Source of the DNA: Utricularia gibba
Taxonomy: Eukaryota; Plantae; Magnoliophyta
Assembly (NCBI GenBank): GCA_002189035.1
Contig: NEEC01000025.1
Span: 186,001 to 250,000 of the forward strand
Length of the DNA: 64,000 bases
Direction of reading: 5' to 3'
The notes beneath the pieces were generated by a model. The model was given only the letters and a program-made list of their open reading frames with translations. It made no database searches and was not told where the DNA came from. Made by a program: the position numbers and the translations under genes. Shown here piece by piece: positions 1 through 12,816 of this stretch (position 1 is the first letter of the stretch; each line of letters begins with the position of its first letter).

Positions 1-49
1 GTATCCATTCGACTTCTTGCAACTACAAGTCAAACACTCACTTCTGCAG

Positions 50-1091
50 ATTACAACTGATGACCTGTTGCAAGCTGCTCAAATAGAAGAAAGGGGAATG
101 CTGGATAAGAAAGAACGGAGCCTCGAGACATGGAAGCAAGTAGCTATCAATGAAGCAGCAACCGCTGTTGTGGCCATCAACTTCCCAGACCTGAAAAATA
201 TAGAATTTGTAAGCTTTGCTGCTCAAGGCCCATGCTTTTTGATTCTTCCTCAACTGAGTAATCTTGCTATGCAGTTGACTATATCCCCTAGAGCTGGGCG
301 GGAACTGGGCTACGTAAGAATGAAAATGGACTTCATGAAATTCAAACAAGGACTGCTCAGGTACTTATTCAACTGGTCTCCAATGTGTCTTACATCCAAT
401 CACTCGTATGAGCCGAAATGGTTAAACATTTTTTGCTCAGCCGCCAGTCCTTGTTGGATCACATTACTGTCCAACTCGCTCCACGCGCAGCTGATGAACT
501 GTGGTATGGCAAGAACCAGGTATTTATTTGTAATACAATGGCAGTTACTTGGTTACTGTAGCTCTGATTCATATTGTGTTTGCTGCTGATTCTCTCCAGT
601 TGAGCACAATATGGGCAGAGACTTTCGACAATGCTCGATCAGCTGCACGAACCGTGATCCTTGGCGGGCTTTCTGAGAAGCATTACGGCGTCAACAACTT
701 CTGGACTCAAGATCGGATGAATGTACGCACATTTGTTAGTGTTTTTGCAACATTATGCTCATGCTCATCCACAAAATGAACATTGGTATGTAGGATATGG
801 ATGCGGAGGCTCTTCGGATCCTTGAAAGCTGCTATGAGAGAGCAAAAACGGTAAGAATGGAGTGACTTCAGTTGTGCGTTTGGGGTAAAAGCTGAGGCTT
901 TTGGTTTGCAGATTCTTGAGCAAAATGCACAGCTTATGGATGCCGTGGTGGAGAGCCTGATGGAGAAGAAGAGCTTGACGAAGCAAGAATTCTTTAGCCT
1001 GGTGGAGGAGCATGGTTGTTTACAGCCGCTCCTTCCTTCCATTGTCGACCTCAGGGCTGCAAAACAAAAGGAAACCGCTCTTCATACATAG
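50..1091 (+). CDS. FTSHI2: 3' part of the proteolytically inactive chloroplast FtsH-like protein FTSHI2 (gene starts before the window)
   Basis: Exons 50-208, 275-360, 441-519, 600-722, 794-850, 912-1091, all GT-AG, join in frame: TWKQVAINEAATAVVAINFPDLKNIEF-LTISPRAGRELGYVRMKMD-SRQSLLDHITVQLAPRAADELWYG-LSTIWAETFDNARSAAR-DAEALRILESCYERAK. This matches the remembered At3g16290 C-terminus. The zinc-binding HExxH position reads NEAA. Confidence 0.93.
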
Positions 1092-1542
1092 TGGCAGAGA
1101 AGGCAGCTTGGATTACCCTGAATTTTGTGTACAAATTGTGCTAAATGGCAACAGAGAATTTTGATTATCACATCCTTCTGTAAAAAAGACACATTTTGCA
1201 TCTCACCCCAACAAAATTCTATTCCATTCGGTCAAGTTGTGTGATTGCTTTTCAGCACCTGCACATACACCTTATTCTTCTTCTTGCCCGTTCACTTGTT
1301 CTAACACCGGAGAGCCAAAGATCGGAAAAACTGTGACTAACTGTATCTGCTCCCCAAGCCACAGCTACGGGTGTCTAGGAACCATACCACGACCGGATCG
1401 TGCCATTGAGGCTCCAGAATAAAGCCAACGCCTCCAACTGGGTGGCGCTCTCGTGGCAAAGAATCAAGAGGAAGACGGGGCTCAGCAGTGAGAACCATAA
1501 CCTTGCTGCGTTGCTAGAGAGTTGGAAGGTGATTCTACAAAT

Positions 1543-2178
1543 CTACATCTTCAAGAAGTCATTCAAGGAAAAGGGTTGATGGCCATCCTTGCATAGTTCT
1601 TGACTAGCAACCGTCGTCTGCTGTATTAGCCGTTCCATTGTCGAATAGCCAGGGTGCTTGTTGTGTTCAAGGATCGCACAGTTTAGCTTCCTTGCAACTT
1701 CTTGTCTAAGTTCTGGGCTGATCAAGTAAAACATTGGGGACTTCTCAGGTTCTACATATGCAAGAAGAGCCATCAAGTCTTCAAGCTTCTTGACATATTT
1801 CTCCTCTTTCGCAAATGGAAAGAATTTTGACTGTGCAAATCCGAGAGCTTCCTCGATTTTTCTAGAGCGCACAAGCTCGATAAACTGAAGACTCAAAATA
1901 TCAAAGTGAAGATCTTTATTTGCCTCCAACAATCCAGGAACATATTCATCTGTTAACTGAATGGCCTTCGATGCGTTGCCTTCCAACGCAAAATGCAGTA
2001 TCCCTTTCCTTTTCTGCATGTCCTCCATAGTCTCGATAGCATTATTCGCCCCAATACAAGCAACAAACGACTCAAGGGTGTCGATGAAGCAGTTATAGAT
2101 GAGATATGACTGAACAATCTTGTGGATGTCACTCTCACTAACTTCAACCTTATCGTAATCGTGCTGATCAATATCCAT
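1543..2178 (-). CDS. GID8/TWA1-like LisH-CTLH-CRA protein (CTLH E3 complex subunit), single coding exon
   Basis: ATG at 2178 (MDIDQHDYDKVEVSESDIHKIVQSYLIYNCF = LisH), CTLH (LLEANKDLHFDILSLQFIELVR) and CRA (LEDLMALLAYVEPEKSPMF...MERLIQQ). Resembles remembered At1g06060. Confidence 0.9.
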   Translation of the reverse strand: MDIDQHDYDKVEVSESDIHKIVQSYLIYNCFIDTLESFVACIGANNAIETMEDMQKRKGILHFALEGNASKAIQLTDEYVPGLLEANKDLHFDILSLQFIELVRSRKIEEALGFAQSKFFPFAKEEKYVKKLEDLMALLAYVEPEKSPMFYLISPELRQEVARKLNCAILEHNKHPGYSTMERLIQQTTVASQELCKDGHQPFSLNDFLKM

Positions 2179-3411
2179 TTCCCAATTTCCCTGTGCCAAA
2201 TACCCTTCCCCACACAGCAAATAAAGAGCTTTCACCTCACACTAACAAAAGGTCCTTTTTTCAGAATTCTGTTCCAAAACAAATCGTTGCTGATCTGTAT
2301 ACCCTCTGAGACAAACTCTACACCTGCGAAAGGTCATTATTAAAGAAAGCTTTATCAAATAAAAACCAAAACTTGATTCGACCCCAACAACCAACCCCCA
2401 GTAATGAAGAGAAACTGATGAAAATAAAGGATCCCTCAGAAATGCCTATTCTCCTATCGACACGCTACTGAGTGGCAACGATCGATTAAGGTTAAGGCCC
2501 GCAACCTCCACAACGAGGTAGGACCCTTTCCGCCGGCAAAGCCCGCCGCACCCCACCCGCAGCATTGACATTCAATTCAGATTACTAAACTTTTCATGTT
2601 GCCTTTCGAAAAAGAAAAAAAAAACAAGATCACTAAACTTTTCATCCATGGGATCACTCTCATCCCATTCAACCCCACTCCCAGAAAAACTAACACATAC
2701 CACCAACCTTCCGCTGTTCCGATCGACGGCGAATGCGACGCTTATTCAATTCCTCCAGCCCTAGAAATCGAACCCCCTTGGAAAACAAATTCCTTTCCCC
2801 TTGAAAGAGATCCCGCCGTGGCCTCACTTCACATTGAATTATTTTATTAATAAATACTACTTTATTAATAGTACGGAAAATCAACTGGACTCCGTTCAAG
2901 AAGAATCCGACTCTCCCGGGACACGGCTCCGGTTTGCCACTCGCTTCAGCCGCCAACTCAGCTCCGATCAACGACGATCGTCACTGCATAGACCGTCGAG
3001 AACCGTCGCTGAGCAATTCATCATCCTACACCTGAAAAGGAGCTTCGGGTGAACGGATGATTCACTTGCAGACAATGAGGATGATGGTTATACCCTAACC
3101 CCTAAACCTCCAAATACAAAATTATTAAATATTAAATATCAAGAAAAAATGAGCTATGAAAAGAAAATAAAGAAAAATACACTTTAAAGAAGAAAGCATG
3201 CATCCATTAGTAGTGTGATAATCGTTTGGACAAAAATAACTAGCAGTCCAACATGTACGGTGTCCCAGACCCTCGAAAGCCATTAGATATAGAGGCTGCT
3301 CCAAAACAATATACCGAGGAATCTATCTCCATGTGCACGATCTGCTTGCACATCCCACCACCTGCTACACAAGATAATACTCAACCAAGAGGTGTGTGGC
3401 TAGGCATTGCC

Positions 3412-6400
3412 TCAGTTTCCATCTGGCTTCTGTTCTATCCGAACATATGTGAAACTGCGGGTGGAAGGGAGCTTGCTGCTTGCGGCGGCTTGAGCAGGGC
3501 TGCCGGATGCATTCGAGCCAGCCTCTCGTTTCCACTGAAAACTTCTTGAACCGGGCTTGACAGGCACACGAGATCGGTAGAGATTTGGGATACCTCTGGG
3601 GCCAGGAACTCTCCCAAAAGGCTGACCAGGGAATGGAGATGCTCGTGCAGGCAGCCTTGCCTCAGGTTGTGCGGAGGTTTTCTTAGCAATCTGCAGAATG
3701 ACGATGAGACAGTATAGCATAGCATGTAATAGGGGGAAAAAGGCCAAGAAATGGGAAGAAAGAGTTGACACTGCGTAGGATTAAAAAACACATAATGAAT
3801 GAGTATTTAAGTCCTGTGGATGTGTGCCAATGCATTCATCAGTTTGGTTGTTGGATAAGATTAAATGGTGGGTTCTGGGAAATGCTTTGAAACCAACGTG
3901 GCACATAGTTCTATTTCCAAAAAGGCTAGATTTTCAGGAAGTGAATGGTATGAGTAAGAAATGCATGAGTCCATGCACATGCAAGGAAGCAACTATATTT
4001 TTTTGTAGGACAATATGATTGTGTATAACTGAAGCCATCAAAACCGAAATAGGTATCCTTGAAACACATACATTGAGAATGCGAGACATGAAGGATGTCC
4101 CATTCAATGATAACGCAAGTTCAGCAGCATCCTTCCTCATGAACTCTATATAGGCTGACCTACAAAAAAAATAAATGATGGCTAACAAGATAGAAAGAGA
4201 ACTTTCAGAACCAAAACGCACTCTTAATTCCCAAACAGCTCACCCCTTAGGTTGTCCCGTAGTTGGATCAGTCAATATTATAATTTTCAGTATCTCTCCA
4301 AACTTGTTGAAATGCCTCGATAAACTATCCTTGGTGGCACCAAAATGAACCTAGCATTGATAAAATATAGCAGTTGAAGTGACAGGCAGGGCCTTAAAAA
4401 ATCTGGGGGTTAGTTTATGTTGAAGAAGTACAGTTACATTGTTGACAAAGATAGTTCGAGAATCCGCATCTTCTGTCGTCATAACAGTATGATGTGAGCC
4501 TGCAATATTCAAAATGAACTATTACAGATCATAAATTGGCAAATCTAAGAAGATCAAGATAACATGTAGGACGAGGATAACCAACAAACAAAACAAAACA
4601 TCCACATTACCAATTCGTGCCTCAGCCTTCTGAGATATTTGTTGACTTATATTATGTTTTACCTGCAAAGTGAGGGCAACACGAAAGAAGTGAAAAGTTG
4701 CTACAATGTTATAAACGTTAAAAAATGATGATACCAGAAAGTATGGACACCCTACATTTCTGCTAAGAGTAGCCACAGGAGTAATGCTCTTTCTTGTCGT
4801 GATTGCATGCTCAGTGGATTGAATGCCACCAACATGTTTCACAGTATGCATCTCAGTCACATCCTTCTCATCCCTGTTTTGAGGTTTTCTAGCGTTTGCA
4901 GACAAAGATGAAACCTTTCTGGGGTAATTACTAGCCAATGCTTCAGGCCGAATCAATCCATTGTGCAGACCATGCAAATTTTCATTAGGAGAACCAGTAG
5001 ATGAATGGAACATTTGGGAATTCTCTACCCAATTTCCATCAGAGGAACTCAGCTGTGAGACACCTGTAGTTTCCCGTCCCCTCATGTTAAAAACATCTTC
5101 CTGAACATTTTCTGAATGTTTTTGAACAGGAACGACATCATGATGCATCCTTGAGTTCTCATTTTGCACATGATGATAACGTGAATGCACATCAACCATT
5201 TCATTATCTTCATCAACCATACCTCCGGTAGCAAATCCAAATTCCTGACTATTGGGAGCCTTTGAAAAATCACCCCCATGTCCAATCCTATCGAACACAT
5301 TGCGTGACTGCCTAGCTTTGCGGACATCATTGGCAGCTTCTGCCACAGCTTTGATTGCAGCAGACATTGAAAATTGTCTAGTTCGTTTGGGGCGCTCCTC
5401 CTCAGGTGTATCCTCTAATGTTCTGGACACCACGGATCTCAGACGTTTGAGTGAAGGCCTAGACGTGGCAACTGCATCTCGTACAGCAGATTGCAGCAAC
5501 CTTCTTGGAGCACTAACAGATGTTGGCAAAGCATCCCGCTAAAATATTTGAAGGAAATCATCAATATGAAGAAATAAAAATAATCTCCCTAGAAAAAACA
5601 TAACTTTTATGGCTGTCTCAAATAGATTATGCGAAATGTGATATCACCTTTCTCCCCTGTTTATCATCATCTTTACTTCTTTCTAAATCACGGGTTGGCC
5701 TACGAGACAATGACTCTTTTGTTCTTCGAGAGGGTTCCTGTTGGGACTCAGGATGAGTTCTTTTTTTTTTAGTAGTGGTGTCTACCATGCTCCGGGGTGC
5801 ACCAATCTCATTGCCATTCCTTTCTGGAATCTTGTTTTCTTGAGAGTGATTCTCAACGGTATTTATTTCCTTAACATCAATGATAGATATAACTCCCTTG
5901 GGTTCCTCAACATTATCCACATCTTCTGTTTTCACATATAAGGTGATATTTTCTCCTAAATGATCCCAAAGCCTGGAGTGGATAACTACAATGATTTAGA
6001 GATCTAGCCTGAATGCATGAATCATTGTAACATCACTTAAACAAAGCTTACCAAGATACAAAAGGGTCACTATCATCTCCCAGGAACACATCCAACTCAT
6101 TCCTTGCTTCAACTTTCCGCCTACCATTTTTTAACAATACGATGACATAATCCTAGAAGCAAAAAATGTTGAAAATCAGCACTAAGGAAAAGAACTTAAA
6201 AGATAACCAGAGGTTCATTGCCCAAGAACCAAAATGAATGCCCTGAGTTGATTTAGAGGTCACTTAATGGAAAAAATAGTTCTTGTTGCAATTGGGTAAC
6301 AAGGTATAGTAAAAAAACTAAAACAGCATATGCCAATCGCCACGCTATTTAGAAATCATCACTTGACGATATACAAAATATTGCAGTAACGAACATGCAA

Positions 6401-6589
6401 AAACCCTTTTCAGAGCAAAAATCATAACGTATTCCTCAATCAAAAAAACATTTATAGAAAGATTACCACGAGGGTGTCGTCCGTATAATCACCCATATAC
6501 TCCTTCAGCTTTCCCTTAATAACATCGCGAAGCCTGGAAACTCCTTCAACGGAGAAATCCACTCGAAATGTTCGATCCTCCCCCTCCAT
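3412..6589 (-). CDS. RNA-binding protein with N-terminal PWI-like domain and C-terminal RRM (At3g12640-like)
   Basis: Exons about 6467-6589 (MEGEDRTFRVDF...KLKEYMGDYTDDTLV), 6052-6152 (DYVIVLLKNGRRK...DVFLGDDSDPFVSW), 5648-5972, 4756-5538, 4611-4662, 4437-4499 (EDADSRTIFVNN), 4244-4350 (VHFGATKDSLSRHFNKFGEI), about 4074-4159 (SAYIEFMRKDAAELALSLNGTSFMSRIL) and 3412-3690. Confidence 0.88.
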
Positions 6590-7608
6590 TACCCCAGCAG
6601 GTAAACCAGAAACAGGCTCTTCCTTGAAATGACCTTAACGTAAAACCCACAAAGTAATCTTGAACAAGCTCATTCAATATGACATCACCACATGTTTCCG
6701 TACTACAAAAGGCCCCAAACACAAAAAGTAACGTAATTAGCTTGCACAATGCTCCTCAAAATCGTAGGTAGGGGAATATCTTTCAATCCGCAGCCAAAAA
6801 CCTCACTCGAATTAGAACAGAACCTCTTCCCGTAAACGCAAAACTCGAATTGAACGAGAGGGAGAATCACCCCTCACCGCGGAAGGGTTTTTGCAGAAAT
6901 AAAATGAAATAAAAACGAAATAGCCCAAAACGGTTATGGGCCTTTCCAAGATCACCGCGCTATTTCAACTTTTAACCACAGTAAAAAAAATCCCATTTCA
7001 CCGCGTTGCACCTTTATTCTTACCAACAGGTTAAATTCACAAAAATAAAATTACTACAATAATTCAAGGATTATTTAAATAATAATATCATTTTTTGTTA
7101 TTTATAAATCTCAAATTATTTATTATTGATGCTTCACCACTAATACATTATATTATTTAAAAAATTTAGAACCTTAATTTTACTTTTATTTTTATACTTT
7201 TTACGTAAATTTCGGTTGTTGGCATTTTTCAAAACACCTTATTTAGTATAAATTTCTATTTTCGGAAGAAATTCAAATTTAACCGCAGTGACACTTTGAT
7301 TACAACCCGATGTTTACCGGTAGGTCCTTCAAAAAAGGTGTAATCTCACAACTCAGGCATGCCGTCCAGCGGCGGTTTCTGGGTCCTGCTCCGGCCGACC
7401 GGACCTGCGTAACATGCACACAGCACCCAGTTTGCCCATGAAAAGAGGCCGCCCTTTTTATTCTCTAGTGCAACACAGGCACATGGAATGAGGAAAAGCA
7501 AGTCTGTTGCTTCGCTTAAAAGGGGCGGGCGTACAGCAATCTCGTTCATTTGAAATACCATGGCTCACCATAAATGGAGGTAGACATTGCACAGGGAGGC
7601 GTCAGTGA

Positions 7609-9225
7609 TCATAGCTGCAAGTTGCTCAGAAAGTCCGAGAGTCTGGGAGCAGTGCAGAGGGGTTCATTAGCAGATGGGATGTGGTGGATATGAAACACAG
7701 GAACGAGAAAGGGAGGCCGGACCTTATGTTTTTGGCGATGACAGTATTTCCATCTTCAGCTCCAAGATGACGAAGGGCCACTTCTTCTAGACGGCCATCA
7801 CGATATGCATGCTGTAAGTCACAACATATAGATTGCAATAGATTGGCTTGTACATATTAAAGTAGAAAGAAAAATTATTGTAGGGTGGATATGTGTTACC
7901 TTGTAAAAGCAGCTAGTTCCAAAGGGGCAGGTACCGCTGCCAAAGTCAAAATGTTTGCAATCTATGGACCTGAAAGGAAACAGAGCTTGATATGGGAAGA
8001 GGAGTAAACATTGGAGAAGAAATGTAGAGGTAAGAGTGAATTACTTCAGTTTGGCTTTGTAGCCATTAACTATCTCCTCCTTTTCTTCATCCGAGAAATA
8101 CCAGATAACACTCGGAATGACAAAATATGACAGCTGCCGACATGTGGGGCATGATCTTAAAGTAGAGGTAACGTCAAAACCATATGTTGGTGAGCGGCTG
8201 CGCCAATTCCTGATACATGATATGCAGAACGGATGGTTACATTCAGAGAGTATCCCAAATTTCCGTTCTGCAGGGGCAGTTTTTGAAAGTACGCGCTCCA
8301 GGCAAACACTGCATTCTATTTCTTGGCTCCGTGCCAATGTTTCCAAGTACTTTTGCCTTTTCTCACATGTTTTCATGTGCTCTTCTCTTTCTTGAGGTCT
8401 AAAAGGATGTAAGCAGTTCTTCTTGCAAGAAGGACAGAGATCCCCATGGACGCGAGGGCAATTTGCACCATAGGGGCATTCTCCAGCAGAGGCAAATGAG
8501 CATATTGGGATGTCCGTAGAGTCAACACCTGCAACATCTGGCACATAATCACTCTGACGTGTTTCAGGCTGCTCAACGTTCACTCCCCAGACAGGTCCAC
8601 TGGGATAGAGAACTGATTCACTGAAAGATGAGCATCCAGGTCCCAGGCCATCAGCCAAAGCAGCACTGGAACGTACTGTACTTGAGTGAAATTCTTCCGC
8701 AGAAGTATGTGCCGTTGAAGGTGAAACTGATGATTGTAACTTAGAAATTTTGATATGATCATATCTACATCGGTCTCCATAAGCACACGCTCCCTTTTGA
8801 TAAAAAGTGCATATCTGCAATTTTTGGATTCGTGGGGAAGTTCACATTATGGACATGAAATACTGCAAAAATAACCAGCTAGAAAGAAAGTTACATTATT
8901 TGCTGGAGCTTTCCAATCGTGTGCGTATTCACAACTTTCACCTTTTAAACATGCCCCATGAGCAAAGAACTTGCACAAAACCCTGAAGTGAACTTATCCT
9001 TATAAACTGATAACATAGAGATATAAAATGTAAAGCTTATTTAACAGTTTCTGTCACACGAAGTCAAATATTGTGGAAAATCATTGGAACTACAATCCCA
9101 CACCCCCCTAGCTTTGACGAGTTTTAACTACCAACGCAGGCAAGTGAACTTACAAAAAGGAGCACCAGACAAACAGAAAAGTCATAAGCAAATTAAAAGG
9201 TTACGGATGTATACCTTTTGGACAT
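7609..9225 (-). CDS. MKRN: Makorin-like E3 ubiquitin ligase (CCCH zinc fingers plus C3HC4 RING)
   Basis: Micro-exon 9215-9225 (MSKR), exon 8896-8983 ([21 protein letters not shown]), a large exon with [20 protein letters not shown] and [12 protein letters not shown]...CNHPFCISC...CPTC, then [38 protein letters not shown] and [11 protein letters not shown]-stop. Confidence 0.93.
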
Positions 9226-9895
9226 TTCTGATAACTCTGACGAAGGCTCGAGAGCAGAGCAATGAACCTACATATAACACAAGACAATCACAGAAGCAAT
9301 AAAGGAGAACTGCAACCTACAACTCATGACAGAGTTACAAATATGTATTCAGCTTCGCGTCATGGAAAAAACCCACCAATTAGAGAAATTGTTGTTGCTC
9401 AAAGAACCTATATTCACACATCTATCATTCTTGCGCATAATCAAATCCGTTTTATTAAACTCATAACCTTCCTGGATTTTTCAAAGTAATAAGCAACACA
9501 TGGAAGATTAAAATAGTCCGAGAAACGGAAATAACCTGTTCTTCAGGGAAAAGAGGAAGAATGTATCTGTAAAAGCAGACGCCTGTGATCCCCCTGCACA
9601 GAGTGATGATCAGATGGCATATGCGGAAAGACAAAAATGCAATCACCAATGAACCTCACAATCCTGGGATAAGAAAGCAGAGATTTGAGCGAAGGCTCGA
9701 ACCCTAGACCGAAGACAAAAACACAATTTGGGGGATAAATTAGAACCGGCGCCAAGCCGATTATTTCGGTTTAAGCGGCAAGCCGGGTCCGGTTCGGCTG
9801 CTAACGGCCAGTTGACCGCGCCTGCCTGCGGCGGCGGATAACGTACAACCCCCGGCATCCCGATACCCAGAACCGCTCCAGATTTCTCGTCTCCA

Positions 9896-10800
9896 ATGGC
9901 TACAGTTTCTTGTTCGCTATCCCTAACTTCTCTGAAGCTTCAGCAAAAGCCCACTGAATCCATCCAATTCCAACCTCGGCTGTCGAATCTCAAGTTCCTG
10001 CTTGTGAAACACCAATCATTCTCTTTCAGAAGACGCTTACTTTATCAGAAACCGCTGCTGTTGCATTCTTAGACTCCTCCCCGCGGTATGAAGGTTGTAC
10101 ATCGGCAACATTCGGTCCGTTATCAACGACGAACTCCGGAAAATCTGCGAGAGAGCACCGCAATGTCGAGAAGGCCGAGGTGGGTCTTTTCATCTCATCG
10201 CTTTCCAATGAAGATTGCTACTTGTTATTAGAAGCTCTTACTTTGGTACATCACAATAGACTCTGAATGAATGAATGTAAGCTTTCTACCCGATTTTTCA
10301 TACGGTTTTCGGCGTTTTCTTGAAGGTAATGAACGACCAGTACAGAGCGAGGAGGCATCGGTTTGGGATTATCACAACGGAAACCATCGTGCTTGCAAAT
10401 ACAGCTGCTGAATAGCTTAATGGAACAGTAACTTCGTTGCTACAGAGCATGATTTTTTATTTCCAAGAAGCGTTTTTTATAATCGTCCTTCTAGAGATGA
10501 TTTGGTTTGGATGATTCTTAGCAAGTCGAAGACGCAAGATCACAGTGAACCCACTTCCATCTTTGGACTTGTCGTTGGTTCAAGCTGAAGAAGCTGCAAT
10601 TTGGGGCAAAGGTTTATATGGGTAAGCTTGCAAAAACAGGGATTACAGACATAATGAAAAGCTTCTTCTATGAGAAGGGAATTACTCTTGGTGTCAAGGC
10701 ATCCAGAGTTCCTGGGACCTCAAAATCCAATAGCTATGGCTTTGTTTTGTTCGCTTCTGAAGAGGATGCCGAAGCTGCCATTTCTGCTCCAAACAGCAAG
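9896..10800 (+). pseudogene. PSRP2: Pseudogene of plastid-specific 30S ribosomal protein 2 (tandem RRM)
   Basis: A transit-peptide-like MATVSCSLSLTSL hits TAG at 10070-10072. RLYIGNI is preceded by TGA and followed by a frameshift to EHRNVEKAE. Exon 2 VMNDQYRARRHRFG...AAE-stop-LNGT has TAG at 10413-10415 where PSRP2 has K. RRM2 reads KVYMGKLAK...ASRVPGTSKSNSYGFVLFASEEDAEAAI. Confidence 0.88.
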
Positions 10801-11628
10801 GTATGGAGCTTCCAACAATCAAACAGCTTCCATCTTGTTCATTTCCCACTATTTGCATGGGAGGCGCTTTATTTTTATTAGAGTTGGTTTGATAACAATT
10901 TATTACTATGTTTAAATATAGTGTAATATTTGATAATCAAAAATAAAAATCTAAATATATAAATAATATAAATATAATTAGTTTCTTCTTCATTCATGTA
11001 TATTATTTATATACTCAAAAAATAAGTATATAAATGGTATAGTTAATCAAACAGCTATATATATGTAAATTTAAATATAAATTTTCTATATGTATCTATC
11101 AAATACCCTATTATAAAAATGGATGATGGTGATTGGTGTAAGGAATTTTTTACCAAAAGCATTTCACCTTCTTCCAGTCCATCCATCCAAGAGGCGTCTG
11201 AAGCCCAAACGTTGTCTCAGAAAATAAAAAATGTGAAGCCCAGAAAACAACATCACTTGGCCCAGAAATAGGACGCAACCCAAGGCCGCCATCGCTCCAT
11301 GTCACTTTCTTAAGAGATCCGCGGATATCTATTTAGTTCTATCTCCAGTTGCTGTCCCTCATACGAACGAGGCTTGATTGCTGAATCGGAATCTGCTATC
11401 TAATCTTCGCTTCGGGGATCGGGTTAGTTGATGAAATGATGGAAGGTTTTCGTTTTGTATGGAAACAAGGACCAGGGATGCCCCTTAGTGGTGTTTTCGC
11501 GGTTCAATATAGCCGCCGTTACTGAATTTTGGTACCGTCGGATGATTGTTTGATCCGTTTTGCTGTTTGAGGTTTAGATTCTACTGTCGATCGAAGTGGG
11601 TTTTATTGTATTGTGTTCTTTACGGCCG

Positions 11629-12816
11629 ATGGATGATGGGGATTTTATAGAAGTCGACTTAACGGATCTTGATTTGAACCAAGAGCCACATGGTTCTGTC
11701 TTGGAAGCTTCTCATCGGATTGAAGAAGGGAGGGTTCTTCACCCAGGGCCTGTAGATGGTGTTAGGCCGCGCCAAAGATGGCGGCAATCGAGAAATTCCA
11801 CAGAGACTAGTTATTTTCATAATGAAATGACGATGGTGGATGAGGGTAATGCCCCTGAGAACCATGCCAATGCTGGGGTTCTCGAAAGAGGTTCTGAGAG
11901 GGGAAAAGGTTGGAAAAGAGACAGTTCCCACTTAGTAGCGCAGGCTTTGGCTTTGGATTCTGAAATTAAGTCTGGGAAGGAGGATGGTAGCTTCTACGAC
12001 TGTAATATATGTCTGGACTTAGCAAAGGAACCTGTGCTGACTTCATGTGGGCACTTGTTTTGTTGGCCGTGTTTTTATCAGGTTTCGAAGGTTGATTCAA
12101 CGGTTAAACAATGCCCTGTTTGCAAGGAAGAGGTATCAGATAGCTGTGTGATCCCAATTTATGGAAATGGGGACAGTGAATCCGTCGATGGGGGAAAACT
12201 TGGTTTCTCCATACCTCCAAGGCCTAAAGCACGTAGAATAGAGAGCAGTGCGCCACAGCATGTAATGCAAGGGCTTTCCTATGTTCCAGTTTCAGAAGCC
12301 ATCAGACAGATACTCAGAATTGGTGCTCTTAGGCAGGAGCAAGAAGCGAGCAGGGGTGTAGGGAGTCCCGGAATCAATTATCAGGCAGGCCATATTGCAG
12401 AACCAGCTGCTGGGCGAGGTGGGAGGATGCATCAGGTCTCAAGAGTGTTATCAGATAGTGCTGCATCTCTTTCTTCCCTTTCATCAGCTCTGAATAGTGC
12501 AGAGAGGCTGGTTGAAGACCTGGAAACTGTTTTTTCCAGCCGAAGGTTACGACTTCACTCAAGGGCAATGGCTTTCAATCCTACAAATTCGTCCCATAGG
12601 CTTTCCTCTTCCAGACGAACTGTGGATAGGAACGCTATACTGAACAACATGCTTTCCTCCCAGCCAACTGATATCTCTGGATCCACTTTAATTGGATTGA
12701 ATTCCAGAAGTAACAGAGATTCCAGCCCTACTTCCCATAGAAGGCTAGGAGTGTCGAGGGTACTCGAAAGAGATGGTCAAGATAGTCGTGAATCGAGACG
12801 AAGACGACTACACTAA
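11629..12816 (+). CDS. C3HC4 RING E3 ligase (RNF5/RMA-related, no C-terminal membrane anchor; At2g44410-like), intronless
   Basis: ATG at 11629; RING YDCNICLDLAKEPVLTSCGHLFCWPC...CPVCK followed by VIPIYGNG and IPPRPKARRIES; Ser/Arg-rich C-terminus. Confidence 0.9.
   Translation: MDDGDFIEVDLTDLDLNQEPHGSVLEASHRIEEGRVLHPGPVDGVRPRQRWRQSRNSTETSYFHNEMTMVDEGNAPENHANAGVLERGSERGKGWKRDSSHLVAQALALDSEIKSGKEDGSFYDCNICLDLAKEPVLTSCGHLFCWPCFYQVSKVDSTVKQCPVCKEEVSDSCVIPIYGNGDSESVDGGKLGFSIPPRPKARRIESSAPQHVMQGLSYVPVSEAIRQILRIGALRQEQEASRGVGSPGINYQAGHIAEPAAGRGGRMHQVSRVLSDSAASLSSLSSALNSAERLVEDLETVFSSRRLRLHSRAMAFNPTNSSHRLSSSRRTVDRNAILNNMLSSQPTDISGSTLIGLNSRSNRDSSPTSHRRLGVSRVLERDGQDSRESRRRRLH

Noticed and set aside
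1300-1530. Protein-like frame EPYHDRIVPLRLQNKANASNWVALSWQRIKRKTGLSSE between FTSHI2 and GID8-like
   Set aside because: No start codon, no splice context and no recognisable family; it falls in converging 3' UTRs. A BLASTx hit would be needed.
2690-3052. GC-richer island with several short ORFs
   Set aside because: No frame gave a recognisable protein; it may be regulatory DNA or a gene remnant, but is unsupported.
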